Positions 1 to 14,710 of a DNA stretch of 64,000 bases are shown here, piece after piece (the first letter of the stretch is position 1; each line of letters begins with the position of its first letter). A program made the position numbers and the translations under genes. This DNA comes from Eledone cirrhosa (lineage: Eukaryota), in NCBI GenBank assembly GCA_964016885.1, contig OZ024754.1:31620001-31684000 (forward strand). The letters run 5' to 3'. Under the pieces are notes generated by a model that ran no database searches, was not told the origin of the DNA, and saw nothing but the letters and a program-made list of their open reading frames with translations.

Positions 1-7
1 TTATTAT

Positions 8-720
8 TAAATTCTGCGAGATCTTTTAAGCGGCACTGGTTGTGTAGTAGAGGGCAAACGAGGCAGTGCTGCATCGTATGGTCCTTCTCTCCGCATTCGC
101 AGATGGTTGGGCCGGTCTTGTAGCCTCATCTGGCCATACCAGCTTTTGATCGTCCCATTCCTGTTCTCAGGCGGGTGAGTGTCTTCCACTAGACCCATGG
201 TGCTTCTGAGCCAGGAGGGAGGGCTTCAGAAGGGGGATTCTCATGTCAATAGGAGGGGAGTCATTCTCTGGCTTTCTAGTCCATAGCTGTAGTCTGGTTT
301 CTTCCTGAGATGTTGTTAGGGGCTGGACATGGTTGAGGAAGCTTCTCCTTGACTTCAGTCGTTGGGCCGGAGGTTCACGTCCGTGAAGGAGGTGGCGTTC
401 ATCACTGATAGCCTTTGTGATCTCTACTCGGTTGGCAGCTTCCCGTCTCACATCTGCAGGGGCAATGCCACCAAGGAGATGCAGGTTGTTAGGCTTCAGG
501 CAACCAGTGATAAAACGGCAGGTGTTGTTCAACGCTGGGTCTAGTTTACTGGCATGGGTTGATCTCTCCCAAACAGGACACGCATACTCCTCAGAGGAAT
601 AGCACAGGGCCAAGGAAGTACATCTTAGTGTGGCTCTCCATTTGGAGTTGGTCAGTTTCCGTAGGATGTTGTTCCGGGAGCTGACTTTCAATTTGGTGTT
701 TTTGATGTGTTCCTTGAATG
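8..720 (-). mobile_element. LINE 3' fragment, Vingi/Ingi-like (RT C-terminus plus Cys-rich tail), 5'-truncated and frameshifted
   Basis: ORF 167-778 contains RNNILRKLTNSKW..TLRCTSLALCYSSEEYACPVWERSTHASKLDPALNNTCRFITGCLKP..GIAPADVRR. An alternative frame near 55-105 reads CECGEKDHTMQHCLVCP. Clade assigned from recalled motif similarity. Confidence 0.75.
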
Positions 721-870
721 ATTTATATATATATACATTTTTAATATACCCGCGGGACACACACACACACACACACATATTTATATATATTTATTTATAC
801 CTTTATTATATAGAGAAAAGAATTCTACGGGACTAGAACTGTTTCATTCGTATGAAATCATCGGGACCCT

Positions 871-949
<79 letters not shown>

Positions 950-978
950 AGGAGGAGGAGTGTTGCGTGTCACAGATA

Positions 979-1111
979 ATGGTTTTTGATTTAAGCCCAA
1001 GGTCAACAATTTGGGGGAGGGGGGTTTCTAATATATCGACCTCAGCGTGTAACTGGTACTTTATTTTAAGGACCCCGTAAGGATGATTGGCAAAGTTAAC
1101 CAGGGCGGGAT
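979..1111 (-). mobile_element. Degraded SINE family 1 fragment
   Basis: ctggtactttattttaaggaccccgtaaggatga..caaagttaacc matches the core of the full copies. Confidence 0.6.
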
Positions 1112-1112
1112 A

Positions 1113-1331
1113 GCTTTCCAAGAGATGGCAACATGAATGGACCTGGTATTTTTCTCTAAAAACATTTTTTCCGATCCCGCCCTGCACGTCCCATCAATCT
1201 TACTAATTTCTCATTCTTTCTGTTGATGAAGGACTAGCGTCCGAAACTTTAAGACCCCCTTCCTGCTATTCCAAACGTTAACCTAATATATTCCTTCCAT
1301 ATACTGTATGGATTGTGTTGTTATTTCTGCT

Positions 1332-1335
<4 letters not shown>
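1113..1335 (+). mobile_element. Short hammerhead-bearing element, family F (also 9256-9495 -, 18150-18350 +, 19325-19550 +)
   Basis: Shared TGATGAAGGACTAGCGTCCGAAAC..TAAGAC..AACGTTAACCTAATATATTCC..TTATTTCTG..TTAC, ending at a microsatellite. Confidence 0.7.
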
Positions 1336-2105
<770 letters not shown>

Positions 2106-2713
2106 GGGTATATATTTTGGAAACAGTGTTATTTTGCCTAACGCTCGGAACTGGAACAAATGAATGTTGTTCGTAGGGTGCTGATATGATAAGGAGAATC
2201 GACCTGTTACAAGGCGATATAACTTGAGTGCACCATCCTTCCTTTAGACAGTCCCACATGTAAAGCTGCACCACTGCTAACCAACTATTCTTCTTACAGA
2301 CTCATGCTTGCAAGCTCTCTTAATCTGCCTGTACATCCTGTATTTGGACTGCTTGTGCTTTGATGTATCTATGCTTTGCTTTGTTTTGTGTTTTTTTTTT
2401 TTTTTTTTTTTTTTAAATTGTTTTTGATCATGCTGAGTAACACCTTCACCCATTCACCCTCTCCCAACCTCCTTATCATCTATTGCACCATTTCTGTGAT
2501 AAATTTTTGATGTAATTTTTGATGTAATTTTTGATGTAATTTTTGATGTAATTTTTTATGACATTTTATGACATGTGCGTCATGTATTGTGTCTTTTTCT
2601 ATATAGTGGTGGCATTGAGACCCCCCCCCCCCCGCCCCCCTGCTGGTCCTTTAACCTTGTTCTGGTGACACAGTTTGATGGAGCATGGAAGTATTGATAT
2701 ACTGTTGTTTATA

Positions 2714-2760
2714 GGCTCTGATGATTCCTGCCATAGGGTATGGATGAAACACTGTTAGCT
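2714..2760 (+). ncRNA. Minimal type-I hammerhead ribozyme motif
   Basis: GGCT-CTGATGA-TTCC..TGGAT-GAAA-CACTG-TT-AGCT; stem I GGCT/AGCT; followed by AATAAA and a tail containing AGCACTCT. Confidence 0.6.
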
Positions 2761-2913
2761 AATAAAACAATGTATTTCTAAGCACTCTTTGGTTATTCCT
2801 AAACCTATAACTGCTCTGTAGTATACTAGTTATCCTACATTGAGCTAAAACCACACTGTCATACCAAGGGCAATATATCTGCGTGTCTGGGCACATTGAT
2901 ATACTTGTCAACA

Positions 2914-2955
<42 letters not shown>

Positions 2956-3530
2956 GTGTGTGTGTATATGTATGTGTGTATGTATATATGCGTGTGTATA
3001 TATATATATTGTATATATTTATATATATGTATGTATATATATATATGTGTGTATGTAGGTATATGTATGTGTGTGTATATATATATATATTGTATGTATT
3101 TATATATATGTATGTATATATATGTGTATGTAGGTATGTGTGTGTATGTATGTATATATATGTCTGTGTATATGCATGTATATATGTATATATGTATATG
3201 CATGTATATGTGTATATATGTATGTATATGCGTGTATATGTTTATATATGTATGTATATGCATGTATATGTGTATATATATATGTATATGTGTTTATAAA
3301 TATATATATGGATACATAGATATATTATTTGAGAAAATTATGTAGTGGAGGGAAGAATGTTAGCAACAGCGACAGCTTGTAACTGAAACGGAGGCCATAT
3401 AAAAATCTGAGGAAATCTTGAGATTTGGGAATTACAGAAGACAAAAATAAAAGAAGAAAAGACATGATAAATATTGAAAGAACTAAATCTCTGATGACAT
3501 TTAGATGGAACAACTATTTTATTCTTAAAT

Positions 3531-3720
3531 TTTGTTTCTACTTTTGGCACAAGGCCAGCAATTATCCCAGTGCATTACTGGTACTTTACTTTATCGACCC
3601 CGTAAGGATGAAAGGCAAAGTTAACCTCGACGGGATTTGAACTCAGACCGTAAAGGGCAGTAACTCTATGTTGCAAAGCATGGTGTCCGACCCTCTACCG
3701 ATACTGCCAATCCATGGCCC
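3531..3720 (-). mobile_element. tRNA-derived SINE family 1, full length (partial copy follows at 3728-3872; diverged + copy at 3902-4040)
   Basis: Minus strand has A-box TGGCAGTATCGG, B-box GAGTTCAAATCCC, core TTGCCTTTCATCCTTACGGGGTCGATAAA..GTACCAG and tail GGCCTTGTGCCAAAAGTAGAAAC. Confidence 0.9.
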
Positions 3721-4399
3721 TTAAATAATAGTTTCTACTTTTTGGCACAAGGCCATTAATAACCCCAGGGCATTACTGATACTTTATTTTATCGACCCCG
3801 TAAGGATGAAAGGTAAAGTTAACCTCGGCGGGATTTGAGCTCCAACCGTAAAGGGCCGTAACTCTATTCTGCAATATTATATTTAATATGTTGTAATTAT
3901 TAGCGGTGAAAATGACAGAGTTGTTAGATCGTCGGACAAAATGCTTTGCGGTATTTCTTCCAGCTCTTTCTGTTCTCAGGTCAAATCCTGCAAAGGTCAA
4001 TTTTGCCTTTCATCCTTTCGGAGTCGATAAAATGAATTACTACTTGTTTAGGGCAGAGAATTTGTGGAACCTGATGCCTTGTATTTCTTCTGTTTTTTTT
4101 TGTTTTGTTTTTTGTGCGTGTGTGAGTGTTTTTTTTGTTTTTTTGTTTTTGCATTCTCAGTTCAAATCCCGTCGAAGTCTATTTCTATAATAGACTTAAT
4201 ATGCCGGATTTCACCCCTCCATCCGGTATTTTGCATGTCTGTAGTGGTGTCCACTCCGTTTAGTGGTGCATCCGGGCCCGCGTCTCTGGTTTGAAGGTAC
4301 CTTATCATCCCCGCTTAGAGGCCCTGACAAGTATCATGGACAGAGTCCTTCCTTCTTTGACTAAACAGTAACAAGACTTGCTTTTTTGTTACTAGGATG

Positions 4400-5157
4400 T
4401 ACGACAATGATAACATCAACAACGACAACAACAACAACAACAACAATGGCAACAACAACATCAGCAATCACAACAACAACATCAACACTCACGACGACAG
4501 TGACAACCACAATCACAACAGTGACAACAACAGTGACAACAACAATCACAACAACAACATCAACACTCACAACGACAGCGACAACAACAATGACAACAAC
4601 AATCACAACAAAAACATCAACACTCACAACGACAGCGACAACCACAATCACAACAACAAACGTCAACAATGACAACAACAATCACAACAACAACATCAAC
4701 ACTCACAACGACAGTGACAACCACAATCACAACAACAACATCAACACTCACAACGACAGTGACAACAACAATGACAACAACAATCACAACAACAACAACA
4801 ACACTCACAACGACAGTGACAACCACAATCACAACAGTGACAACAACAATGTCAACATCAATGACAACAACAATCACAACAACAACAACAACACTCACAA
4901 CAACAGCGACAACCACAATCACAACAGGGACAACCACAATCACAACAACAATCACAACAACAACAACAACACTCACAACGACAGCGACAGCCACAATCAC
5001 AACAGTGACAACAACAATCACAACAACAACATCAAAACTGACAACAACAATCACAACAACCACGTCAACATAGACAACAACAATGACAACAACATCAATA
5101 ATGACAACAGCAACAACAACAACAACAACAGCAACGACAATCATAACGTCGACACCG

Positions 5158-5189
<32 letters not shown>

Positions 5190-5205
5190 ATCAACAACGA
5201 CATGA
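4400..5205. repeat. Degenerate (ACA)n trinucleotide array with higher-order units
   Basis: Recurring AACAACATCAACACTCACAACGACAGTGAC; source of the Thr/Asn-rich pseudo-ORFs. Confidence 0.9.
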
Positions 5206-5452
5206 ATATCCACTGGTTTCTCTCTTTTCACAATTCTCCGCTGGATAACTTCCTGGAAACTGAAACTAGGCAGCCACTGACACAGCGTGCACTACACCAA
5301 AGACATTGTGAAAAGTATTAGCAAGCTAACACCGGAACCGGATATGATATTTATAGAAATGTTCTCACAAGGAGACATTTTGAAAACGAATATTCAATTA
5401 ATGTTCTAGAAAATAATTTCACACATGTGAGCTATGACTGGACTGTGTGTTA

Positions 5453-5483
<31 letters not shown>

Positions 5484-5608
5484 TATATTAACACACAGTG
5501 TTAACATATATATATATGTGTTAATATATATATATGTGTTTATATATATATATATATATTAACACACAGTGTTAACATATATATATATGTGTTAATATAT
5601 ATATATGT

Positions 5609-5699
<91 letters not shown>

Positions 5700-5747
5700 C
5701 ACACAGTGTTAACATATATATATATATGTGTTAATATATATATGTGT

Positions 5748-5805
<58 letters not shown>

Positions 5806-5807
<2 letters not shown>

Positions 5808-5925
5808 AAGGCGTGTGGCTGAGTGGTTAGAGTATTGGATTCACAATCGTGAGGTTGTGAGTTCGATTCCTGAACCAGGCGATGCGTTATGTCCTTGAGC
5901 AAGACACTTTATTTCACGTTGCTCC
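5806..5925 (+). mobile_element. tRNA-derived SINE family 2 (5' part)
   Basis: A-box TGGCTGAGTGG, B-box GAGTTCGATTCC, then GTCCTTGAGCAAGACACTTTATTTCACGTTGCTCC; related copies at 33758-34125 (+) and 40700-40830 (-). Confidence 0.8.
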
Positions 5926-6025
5926 TTCTACCTGGAGTTGCGACCGATAGATAGTATTAGCAATTGGAAAGACCAACGGAAACATAGTTTCCTCGGTCCG
6001 ATTTGACGAAAGTCGATCGATTAGA

Positions 6026-6069
<44 letters not shown>

Positions 6070-6072
<3 letters not shown>

Positions 6073-6130
6073 CACACAGTCCAATCATAGCTCATATGTA
6101 TATATATGTGAGCTATGACTGAACTGTGTG

Positions 6131-6134
<4 letters not shown>
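6070..6134. repeat. Mini-palindrome in (TA)n
   Basis: taacacacagtccaatcatagctca..tgagctatgactgaactgtgtgttaa; the same end sequence occurs at 5427-5453. Confidence 0.7.
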
Positions 6135-6203
<69 letters not shown>

Positions 6204-6582
6204 AAATGAAGTAATTCCGTCGGAAAAGTCCAGGAAAAAAGAGTGCTCTATGTAGGTAACAGAGCTTAATAGTTATGTAATAAACAACATAAGGCAATTA
6301 TTCCATTTACCAGTGGTTTCTTATATATATATATATATATATTGTTCCAAATTGAAGGATGAGTATTTTAGACTTTATTTTATCATGAGTTAAGGCTCTA
6401 TTGATTTTTTCCTGGATTTCACTAAATTCTGTTGGATAAATCTATATCCTGATTCTTTTTGAATTGAGTTTGAATTATTTTCCCCACATCTTACGTTAAC
6501 TATTTTCCCATTTTGACGCTATAGTCACTTATATATTATGGAATACTGTTGGCTTCTTGCTACAATAATTTCTATACTTTTC

Positions 6583-6649
<67 letters not shown>

Positions 6650-6675
6650 TGTAATAAACAACATAAGGCAATTAT

Positions 6676-6733
6676 TCCATTTACCAGTGGTTTCTTAAAA
6701 GCAAAAAACTTTGCTTTCAATCATCAGAATGAA
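6676..6733 (-). ncRNA. Type-I hammerhead ribozyme motif
   Basis: TTCATT-CTGATGA-TTGAAAGCAAA/TTTGCTTTTAA-GAAA-CCACTGG-TA-AATGGA: stems I, II and III all pair; GUA cleavage triplet. Confidence 0.8.
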
Positions 6734-6738
6734 AAAAT

Positions 6739-6807
<69 letters not shown>

Positions 6808-6811
<4 letters not shown>

Positions 6812-7095
6812 AAGAAATTAAAAGATGGTTAAAAAAGTTCCATGTATTTTATTATGCGCATTTCAAAAACAAATATCATCCTGGGACGATATTGGCGTTC
6901 TCATCAGATAAACTAGGGAGGCATGATATGATGCTTAAAAAACACTTGTTAACAAGGTAGTGTCTAACCACCATATTTAATTTCTTCTTATATATACTCC
7001 AGTCCAATAAACTAAGTTTATGCAAATATCGGATAAGTGCTACTTATCCGATATTTGCATTGCTTTATTGTTCTACAATAAAGCTCACCTCTTAC

Positions 7096-7098
<3 letters not shown>
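6808..7098. mobile_element. Fold-back mini-element family B with hammerhead (6848-6912, minus)
   Basis: Arms taagaagaaattaaaagatggt / accatatttaatttcttctta; HHR TTTAT-CTGATGA-..-GAAA-TGCGCA-TA-ATAAA; flanked by (TA)n. Confidence 0.75.
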
Positions 7099-7729
<631 letters not shown>

Positions 7730-7746
7730 TTATTATTATTATTATT

Positions 7747-7932
7747 GGTGGATTGGCAGTATCGGTAGAGTGTCGGACGCCATACTTTCCAGCATAGTTA
7801 CATCCCTTTACCATCTGAGTTCAAATCCCGCCGAGGTTAACTTTGCCTTTCATCCTTACGGGGTCGATAAAATAAAGTACCACTAATGCACTGGGTTATT
7901 GCTGGCCTTGTGCCAAAAGTAGAAACAATTAT
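7747..7932 (+). mobile_element. SINE family 1, full length
   Basis: A/B boxes, core and tail as in 3531-3720. Confidence 0.9.
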
Positions 7933-8034
7933 TATTATTATCATCATCATCTTTATTACTTTCAAAGTAAAAGGTGTCATGAATAATACCAAATCAAACA
8001 TATGTCTTGTCTTCTAAATACAGCTCAAGATAGA

Positions 8035-8278
8035 ATTCAGAGAATAAAATCGACCGTTAATCATTATAAGAAAGTGAATGAAATATATTCATACACACAG
8101 AAGTGTGTACTACGATATATCAAAGCTTAAGACTAGAGACAATCTGAACTGAATGTAAGATTACATAATTCGTTGAGTATCTTATTAAATTTAATAAAAA
8201 TTGTCTCTAGTCTTAAGCTTTGATATAACTTAATGCACACTTATGTGTGTATGAATATATTTCATTCACTTTCTTATA
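8035..8278. mobile_element. Fold-back mini-element (no hammerhead seen)
   Basis: Arms 8066-8143 / 8200-8278 (aagaaagtgaatgaaatatattcatacacac..gagacaat and its reverse complement). Confidence 0.65.
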
Positions 8279-8490
8279 CGTATATATATATATATATATT
8301 GTTATACTTGGGGAGGGTCATATTTGTGTAATATTGCCAGAATTAATAACAGAACACACTCACAGTTTGGTTGGTTTTCGCTTTTCGCTTCTGTGTCTTT
8401 TATATCGGCAATCTAATTTAATTTACTCGGTCCTCAATGTTTCGACACACGATTTCATATAAAAAACCTCGCAAAACTAATTCATCGCCG

Positions 8491-8529
<39 letters not shown>

Positions 8530-8530
<1 letters not shown>

Positions 8531-8793
8531 TATTCAAAATATTAATAAATGAAGACGTTCACATAATCAAAATATATGTTTTATTATATATATTTCGGAG
8601 GTAGTGTGCTGTTTATTCAGTACGTCCTCGTCAGATAAAATACATGAATTGATGTGTGACATACCTCAACTGTTTATTAATTTATTAATATTTTGAATAA
8701 TATTAATAACTCCAGAAAATTCTTTGTAGAGTGCTTTTAATCTATTGTAAAACTATATTCATTGAGTAATCAATGAACCATATTAATCTTTGG

Positions 8794-8795
<2 letters not shown>
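8530..8795. mobile_element. Fold-back mini-element with hammerhead (8579-8640, minus)
   Basis: Arms tattcaaaatattaataaat / atttattaatattttgaata; HHR TTTTAT-CTGACGA-GGA..TCC-GAAA-TATATA-TA-ATAAAA; tail AACTCCA..GAGTGCTT. Confidence 0.8.
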
Positions 8796-8829
<34 letters not shown>

Positions 8830-8831
<2 letters not shown>

Positions 8832-9038
8832 CGAAGGAAATGTGGTAAGGAACCAGGTGGACCATAAGGCACCAAAGTACTCAATACTTAGGGTAGTAGA
8901 GTGGGTAATAGGAACGAGTAGGAACTCGACGGCTGAGCTCAAGCCGTTTCGACGGCTAGTTCTGGACTCAGAATTCTGAGTCCAGAATTAGCCGTCGAAA
9001 CGGCTTGAGCTCAGCCGTCGGGGTCCTACTCGTTCCTA
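8830..9038. mobile_element. Fold-back mini-element family A
   Basis: Near-perfect palindrome 8909-9038 centred on GAATTC (8971-8976) plus tail 8830-8908; (TA)n flanks. Confidence 0.85.
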
Positions 9039-9185
9039 TATATATATATATATATATATATATTTAGCAGGAACAAGGGGCTGTGTGGTTACTTGATAAA
9101 GTGTATTTAGAAATAAAATGAAAGCACAAACAAGGGACAAGTCTCCTCTTCAGTTGTCTGCTAGGGTTCTCGGACATTTCAACGC

Positions 9186-9260
<75 letters not shown>

Positions 9261-9340
9261 GTAAACAGAAATAACAACACAATGGGTACAGTATATGGAA
9301 GGAATATATTAGGTTAACGCTTGAAATAGCTGGAAGAGGG

Positions 9341-9380
9341 TCTTAACGTTTCGGTCGCTAGTCCTTCATCAGATGAAAGA
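9341..9380 (-). ncRNA. Minimal hammerhead motif, family F
   Basis: CTGATGA-AGGACTAGCGACC-GAAACGTTA-AGA; palindromic stem III, weak stem I. Confidence 0.6.
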
Positions 9381-9523
9381 ATGAGAAATATGATAGATTG
9401 AAGGGACGGGCGGGTGGAATTGTATAAAATGTCTTTAAGTAAAAATAACAGGTTCATTCATGTTGACATCTCTTGGAAAACTGTTGATGCTGGCGTTTTA
9501 TGTATAATATATTAAATAAATAA

Positions 9524-9593
<70 letters not shown>

Positions 9594-9595
<2 letters not shown>

Positions 9596-9787
9596 TAAAT
9601 AAAAGGTGTTTATTAGAGAGTCGGGGCCCGACGGCGAAGCTCTTGCCGTTTCGACAGCAAATTCTGAGTCTGGAATTTGCTGTCAAAACGGCAGGAGCTC
9701 AGCCGTCGGGCACCAACTCTCTAATATCCCATGTATCGAAACCTCTGCTGAATATTGGTCTAACTAGTTTAAAACTGATAATCCCGA

Positions 9788-9797
<10 letters not shown>
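9594..9797. mobile_element. Fold-back mini-element family A2 (inverted near-identical copy at 11783-11990)
   Basis: gcccgacggc..gccgtttcgacagcaaattc/gaatttgctgtc..aacggc..gccgtcgggc plus tail. Confidence 0.75.
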
Positions 9798-9859
<62 letters not shown>

Positions 9860-10171
9860 TGAAGATATGTACGGATAAAATTTGTTTGTGTAGATGAGTG
9901 TACTAACAAAAATAAGATTGCTTACCAAAGTATTTTTCTCAACAAGTTCTGTGTATGAGGTACGCTAACAGTCCAAAAGGAGAGATCGAAATATAGTATC
10001 GAGGTGGAAAATCACGGAGCAATAATATATTTAAATGTATAGGAAAAACAAACGACTAGGCGTGAAGTATAGATTAGCAGTGAAGAATTTAATCAAACTT
10101 CATTTTTTTGTTAAAGAATCTTCACTTCTAACCTATACTTCACGCCTAGTCGTTTGTTTTTCCTACACATT

Positions 10172-10180
<9 letters not shown>
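9860..10180. mobile_element. Fold-back mini-element
   Basis: Arms 10024-10091 / 10110-10180 with a one-sided extension; in (TA)n. Confidence 0.65.
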
Positions 10181-10206
<26 letters not shown>

Positions 10207-10211
<5 letters not shown>

Positions 10212-10532
10212 ATATTAATAAATGGAAACTATATTTATAAAACCATATTTATTTTATTATACATATTTCAAGGGTAACCAAGGTAAATTATGGTGCGCTT
10301 TCATCAGATAAAATACAGATTTGGTTTATAAATAAACATTGACATACCCGGAAAAAAAGACAACCTTAACGGTTGGAGCTTCCTTGAAATATGTATAATA
10401 AAATAAATATGGTTTTATAAATATAGTTTCCATTTATTAATATATTGTGTATTTACTCCACTAATCTGTTGAGTGCTTTATATCAGTTATAACATTTTTA
10501 AGCTTGTTGAATCCCAACAAATTAAATACCTC

Positions 10533-10537
<5 letters not shown>
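10207..10537. mobile_element. Fold-back mini-element family H with hammerhead (10251-10314, minus)
   Basis: Arms acaatatattaataaatggaaac..; HHR ATTTTAT-CTGATGA-AAG..CTT-GAAA-TATGTA-TA-ATAAAAT; tail TACTCCA..GAGTGCTT. Confidence 0.8.
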
Positions 10538-10590
<53 letters not shown>

Positions 10591-11509
10591 AACGAGTAGG
10601 ACCCCGACAGCTGAGCTCAAGCCGTTTCGAAGGCTAATTCTGGACTAAATGAAATTTTTTATCCTGGTATATGAATAGCCGAGCTTCTCAGGGGGTAATT
10701 CCATATATGGTAAAAGTGATTGTCACAAGGATTGGTCAAAAGTTTGTTGTTGAGACAGATAATTCTATCATGGCAATTTGTGGGAGGAAGGGGTAGCTGA
10801 ACCTGCCAGTAGAAGAAAGAGGGAGAGGGGGTGGAGGAAACCCAGTCGTACGTTGATAGTGCCAACTACAACAGGGCAGGAGGTCAAGCAAGTATACTAG
10901 GGAGGGGGAGGAAGTCGAAACAATAAGTAAAACAATATGGGGTAAATATATACAAGAATACCGAGAATGTTAAAGGTATAAAAAAACAATTTCTGGTTAC
11001 TATTCCCTAACGACAGTCATCAAGTCTCTGACTGGTACTGCTAAACTATAGAAAAGTTTACTAGGTGGGACGGAATTATAATGAGACCCTTTTAAGAGTT
11101 AATAGTAATCAACCGAGTATATCTTACGGCAACGGGTCAACAAGTGGGGGGCCAGAATACTAAAGAAACTACCACGAAATAATAATTCAGAGTCCCGAGA
11201 CTAATACGAAATAATTGTTTCTACCCTAGGCACAAGGCCAGCAACCACCCAGTGCAAAAAATAAACTAATACGAAATAATAATTCAGAATCCCGAAAAAG
11301 AATACTAATACTATCTCTAAGGGTGCCGCTACGATACAAAAATTCTAGTGCAAACTACATAAATGCTCGTACGAAGTATGTGAAAAATTTGATACGGAAA
11401 ATTAATTCAGAATCCCCCACCCCCCACCTAAAAAAAATAAATACTTTGGTGCGTTATGGTCCACCTGGTTCCTTACCACATTTCCTTCGTTATATATATA
11501 TATATATAT

Positions 11510-11757
11510 ATTTGTTTAGCAAGATTCTTTATCTGAAAACGTGTGTTGAAACCGATACTGTTATACTTTGGGAGGGTCATGTTGCCAATAAGAAACACAC
11601 GCGGTTGGTTGGTTGGTTCCACAACCAGATGGTTGTGGAACCAACCAACCGTAAATTTATAAATTCCTAAATTTATAAATTTATTATAATAAATTGAAGT
11701 GAAAGCAACTGGTGCGTGTGTTTCTTATTGGCAACATGACCCTCCCAAAGTATAACA

Positions 11758-11760
<3 letters not shown>
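11510..11760. mobile_element. Penelope pLTR-only fold-back insertion
   Basis: Same terminal sequence as the GIY-YIG element; palindrome around ccacaaccagatggttgtgg; tail on the left only. Confidence 0.85.
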
Positions 11761-11793
<33 letters not shown>

Positions 11794-11985
11794 TCGGGAT
11801 TATCAGTTTTAAACTAGTTAGACCAATATTCAGCAGAGGTTTCGATACTTGGGATATTAGAGAGTTGGTGCCCGACGGCTGAGCTCCTGCCGTTTAGACA
11901 GCAAATTCCAGACTCAGAATTTGCTGTCGAAACAGCAAGAGCTTCGCCGTCGGGCCCCGACTCTCTAATAAACACCTTTTATTTA

Positions 11986-12037
<52 letters not shown>

Positions 12038-12463
12038 GTTTGACCTGTCCGTAATCCTTTTCTTGCGGGCACTTGGCCAAGCCGGTATGAATTTTTTTTC
12101 TCTCTCTCTCGTCTGCGACTTCACAGAACTTATGTTTACCGAATTCGCAGACCAGACCCCTTCTTCCTCCCGTTAGACCTGTGCGAAATTCCTTCCTTGC
12201 TCACATTTCAACCAGGTTTGATGGTCTTTATTCTCTCGTTCACGATTCCACCGAATTTATATTCATAGAAATCTGGGACTTGTTTCTTTCTTCTTCATCA
12301 CTTTCTGTTGCTTAAACCATTTTGTTTGTTTACCCTAGCGTCCCCCTTATTTACGTGTCCCAACGACTTTTTTTAGCCGTTGCTCGCACCAACCTGAGGT
12401 ATATGGCCTTTAATGCGACGAAATGCCTAGGACGGTTGGAAGGCCACTGATGAGGACAAACTT

Positions 12464-12468
<5 letters not shown>
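12038..12468 (+). mobile_element. Non-coding (TA)n-inserted element family I (longer inverted copy 18535-19190)
   Basis: Near-identical to the reverse complement of 18535-18966; the longer copy has inverted ends ccactgatgaggacaaactttttcata. Confidence 0.7.
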
Positions 12469-12515
<47 letters not shown>

Positions 12516-12707
12516 AAGGTATATATTGAGTTAGGAACTCAAAATAGTCTCTTACAACAAAATAGAAAGAGATATTTCCGAGCCGTATATTATAATAGAA
12601 TATAAAAGAAAATTGTCTATTGTTAGTATTCTTTTCACGTTAGCGAATCTGGATTTGAACACATATATGTACATGTCTGTGTTCGTTTTTCTTTTTCTTT
12701 TATATTC

Positions 12708-13121
<414 letters not shown>

Positions 13122-13124
13122 TAT

Positions 13125-13181
<57 letters not shown>

Positions 13182-13308
13182 TGCCTCTGTATTTGTTCCG
13201 ACCCTGCGTTCTGAGTTCAAATCCCGCCGAGTTTAACTTTGCCTTTTATCCTTTCGGGGATTGATAAATAGAATAGCAGTTCAATACAGGAGCCCGATTC
13301 TTCCTCTA

Positions 13309-13685
13309 CTCTTGAGTCCCAAATAATAGGGGGTGCGGGTAGGGGTGAACAATCGATAATTTTTGTAGATTGTCTCGCTTGCATTTTTTAAAAACCAGAA
13401 TTAGTCATTTAATTTACATATTGAGACCCCCCAACCCATCCTATTTATTATATAACGTATGGGATTTCTTGTAATGTTCTTTTTTTTCTCACGTATAATG
13501 TTTTTAATGTCTAAAGAAAACTGATTATCACAGAAATGCTAGCACTTAAAATAAAGTTTCACTGGAGATAGATTAGTAAAATTTAATAAACAGAGGGTGG
13601 GGACGGAATAAGAACGGGAGGTTGGAAAAAATCTGAAAAATTAATAAGCGAGGTGGAGGGCGGGGGATTATTCGAGACCCATGAG
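13309..13685. mobile_element. Tc1/mariner-type MITE (related piece at 63388-63560)
   Basis: TA-CTCTTGAGTCCCAAATAAT ... ATTATTCGAGACCCATGAG-TA imperfect TIRs with TA on both sides. Confidence 0.65.
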
Positions 13686-13704
13686 TATATCTCTTTATCA
13701 TTTG

Positions 13705-13782
<78 letters not shown>

Positions 13783-14186
13783 TGTGTTTAGGCTCAGGAC
13801 ATAACTCCACGGAGTATCATGACTCCATCGGGAGTTTAGGGCTCCCCCCACCCCCGCCTTCCTTTCAGATACTCATTCAAATTGTTTACTACATGTCTAC
13901 AAGAACGATTAATGAATGGGTTATTTCTAGTGGGTTGAGTGACCACGTCGAGGCACCCTAGTTGGTTAGGGTGGCTGGCTGGCCGATACATCAGCCAGTC
14001 TAGTAGACATTCAAATTGTTTGCAACATGCCTTCAGGGACAATTAACTTTGACATTCAGAGTTAAGGAAAGATGTGTTATTTTAACCTGTTTACGAACCT
14101 TCAATTCAATATAGAACGGATCTACTTTCTGTAAATTGTGGAAGCCACACGCAGATGGACAAACTCACGCACACACATGGAACACA

Positions 14187-14224
<38 letters not shown>

Positions 14225-14343
14225 CAAACACACACATACACACATGGAACATACACACACACACATGCAAACATATACATACACACACTGACATGCACAC
14301 ACACACATACATACATGCAAACATACACATACATACACACACT

Positions 14344-14415
<72 letters not shown>

Positions 14416-14533
14416 CACACAGCCAAGACAGGCAGACCTTTACACGCAGATAGGCAGACTCACACACATAGAGACGGACGGACGGACACACACATATGTG
14501 TCTGAGTGTGCATTGAGAAGGAAAGTCTGTTAA

Positions 14534-14710
14534 TAATTGTTTCTATTTTAGGCACAAGGCCAGCAATTACACAGTACATTACTAGTACTTTATTTTATCG
14601 ACCCCGTAAGGATGAAAGGCAAAGTTAACCTCGGCGGGATTTGAACTCAGATCATAAAGGGACGTAACTCTATGCTTCAAAGCATGGCGTCCGACTCTCT
14701 ACCGATATGG
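14534..14710 (-). mobile_element. SINE family 1
   Basis: Core, B-box and tail conserved. Confidence 0.85.

Noticed and set aside
825-870. Hammerhead-like CCGATGA..GAAAC..GTC on the minus strand
   Set aside because: Mutated core and poor stems I/III; not counted.
5806-5880. tRNA gene
   Set aside because: A/B boxes continue into a repeated SINE body and there is no clean cloverleaf.
12448-12468. Hammerhead at CTGATGAGGAC (also 19128 and 18545)
   Set aside because: No GTCC-GAAA partner follows, so the core is incomplete.
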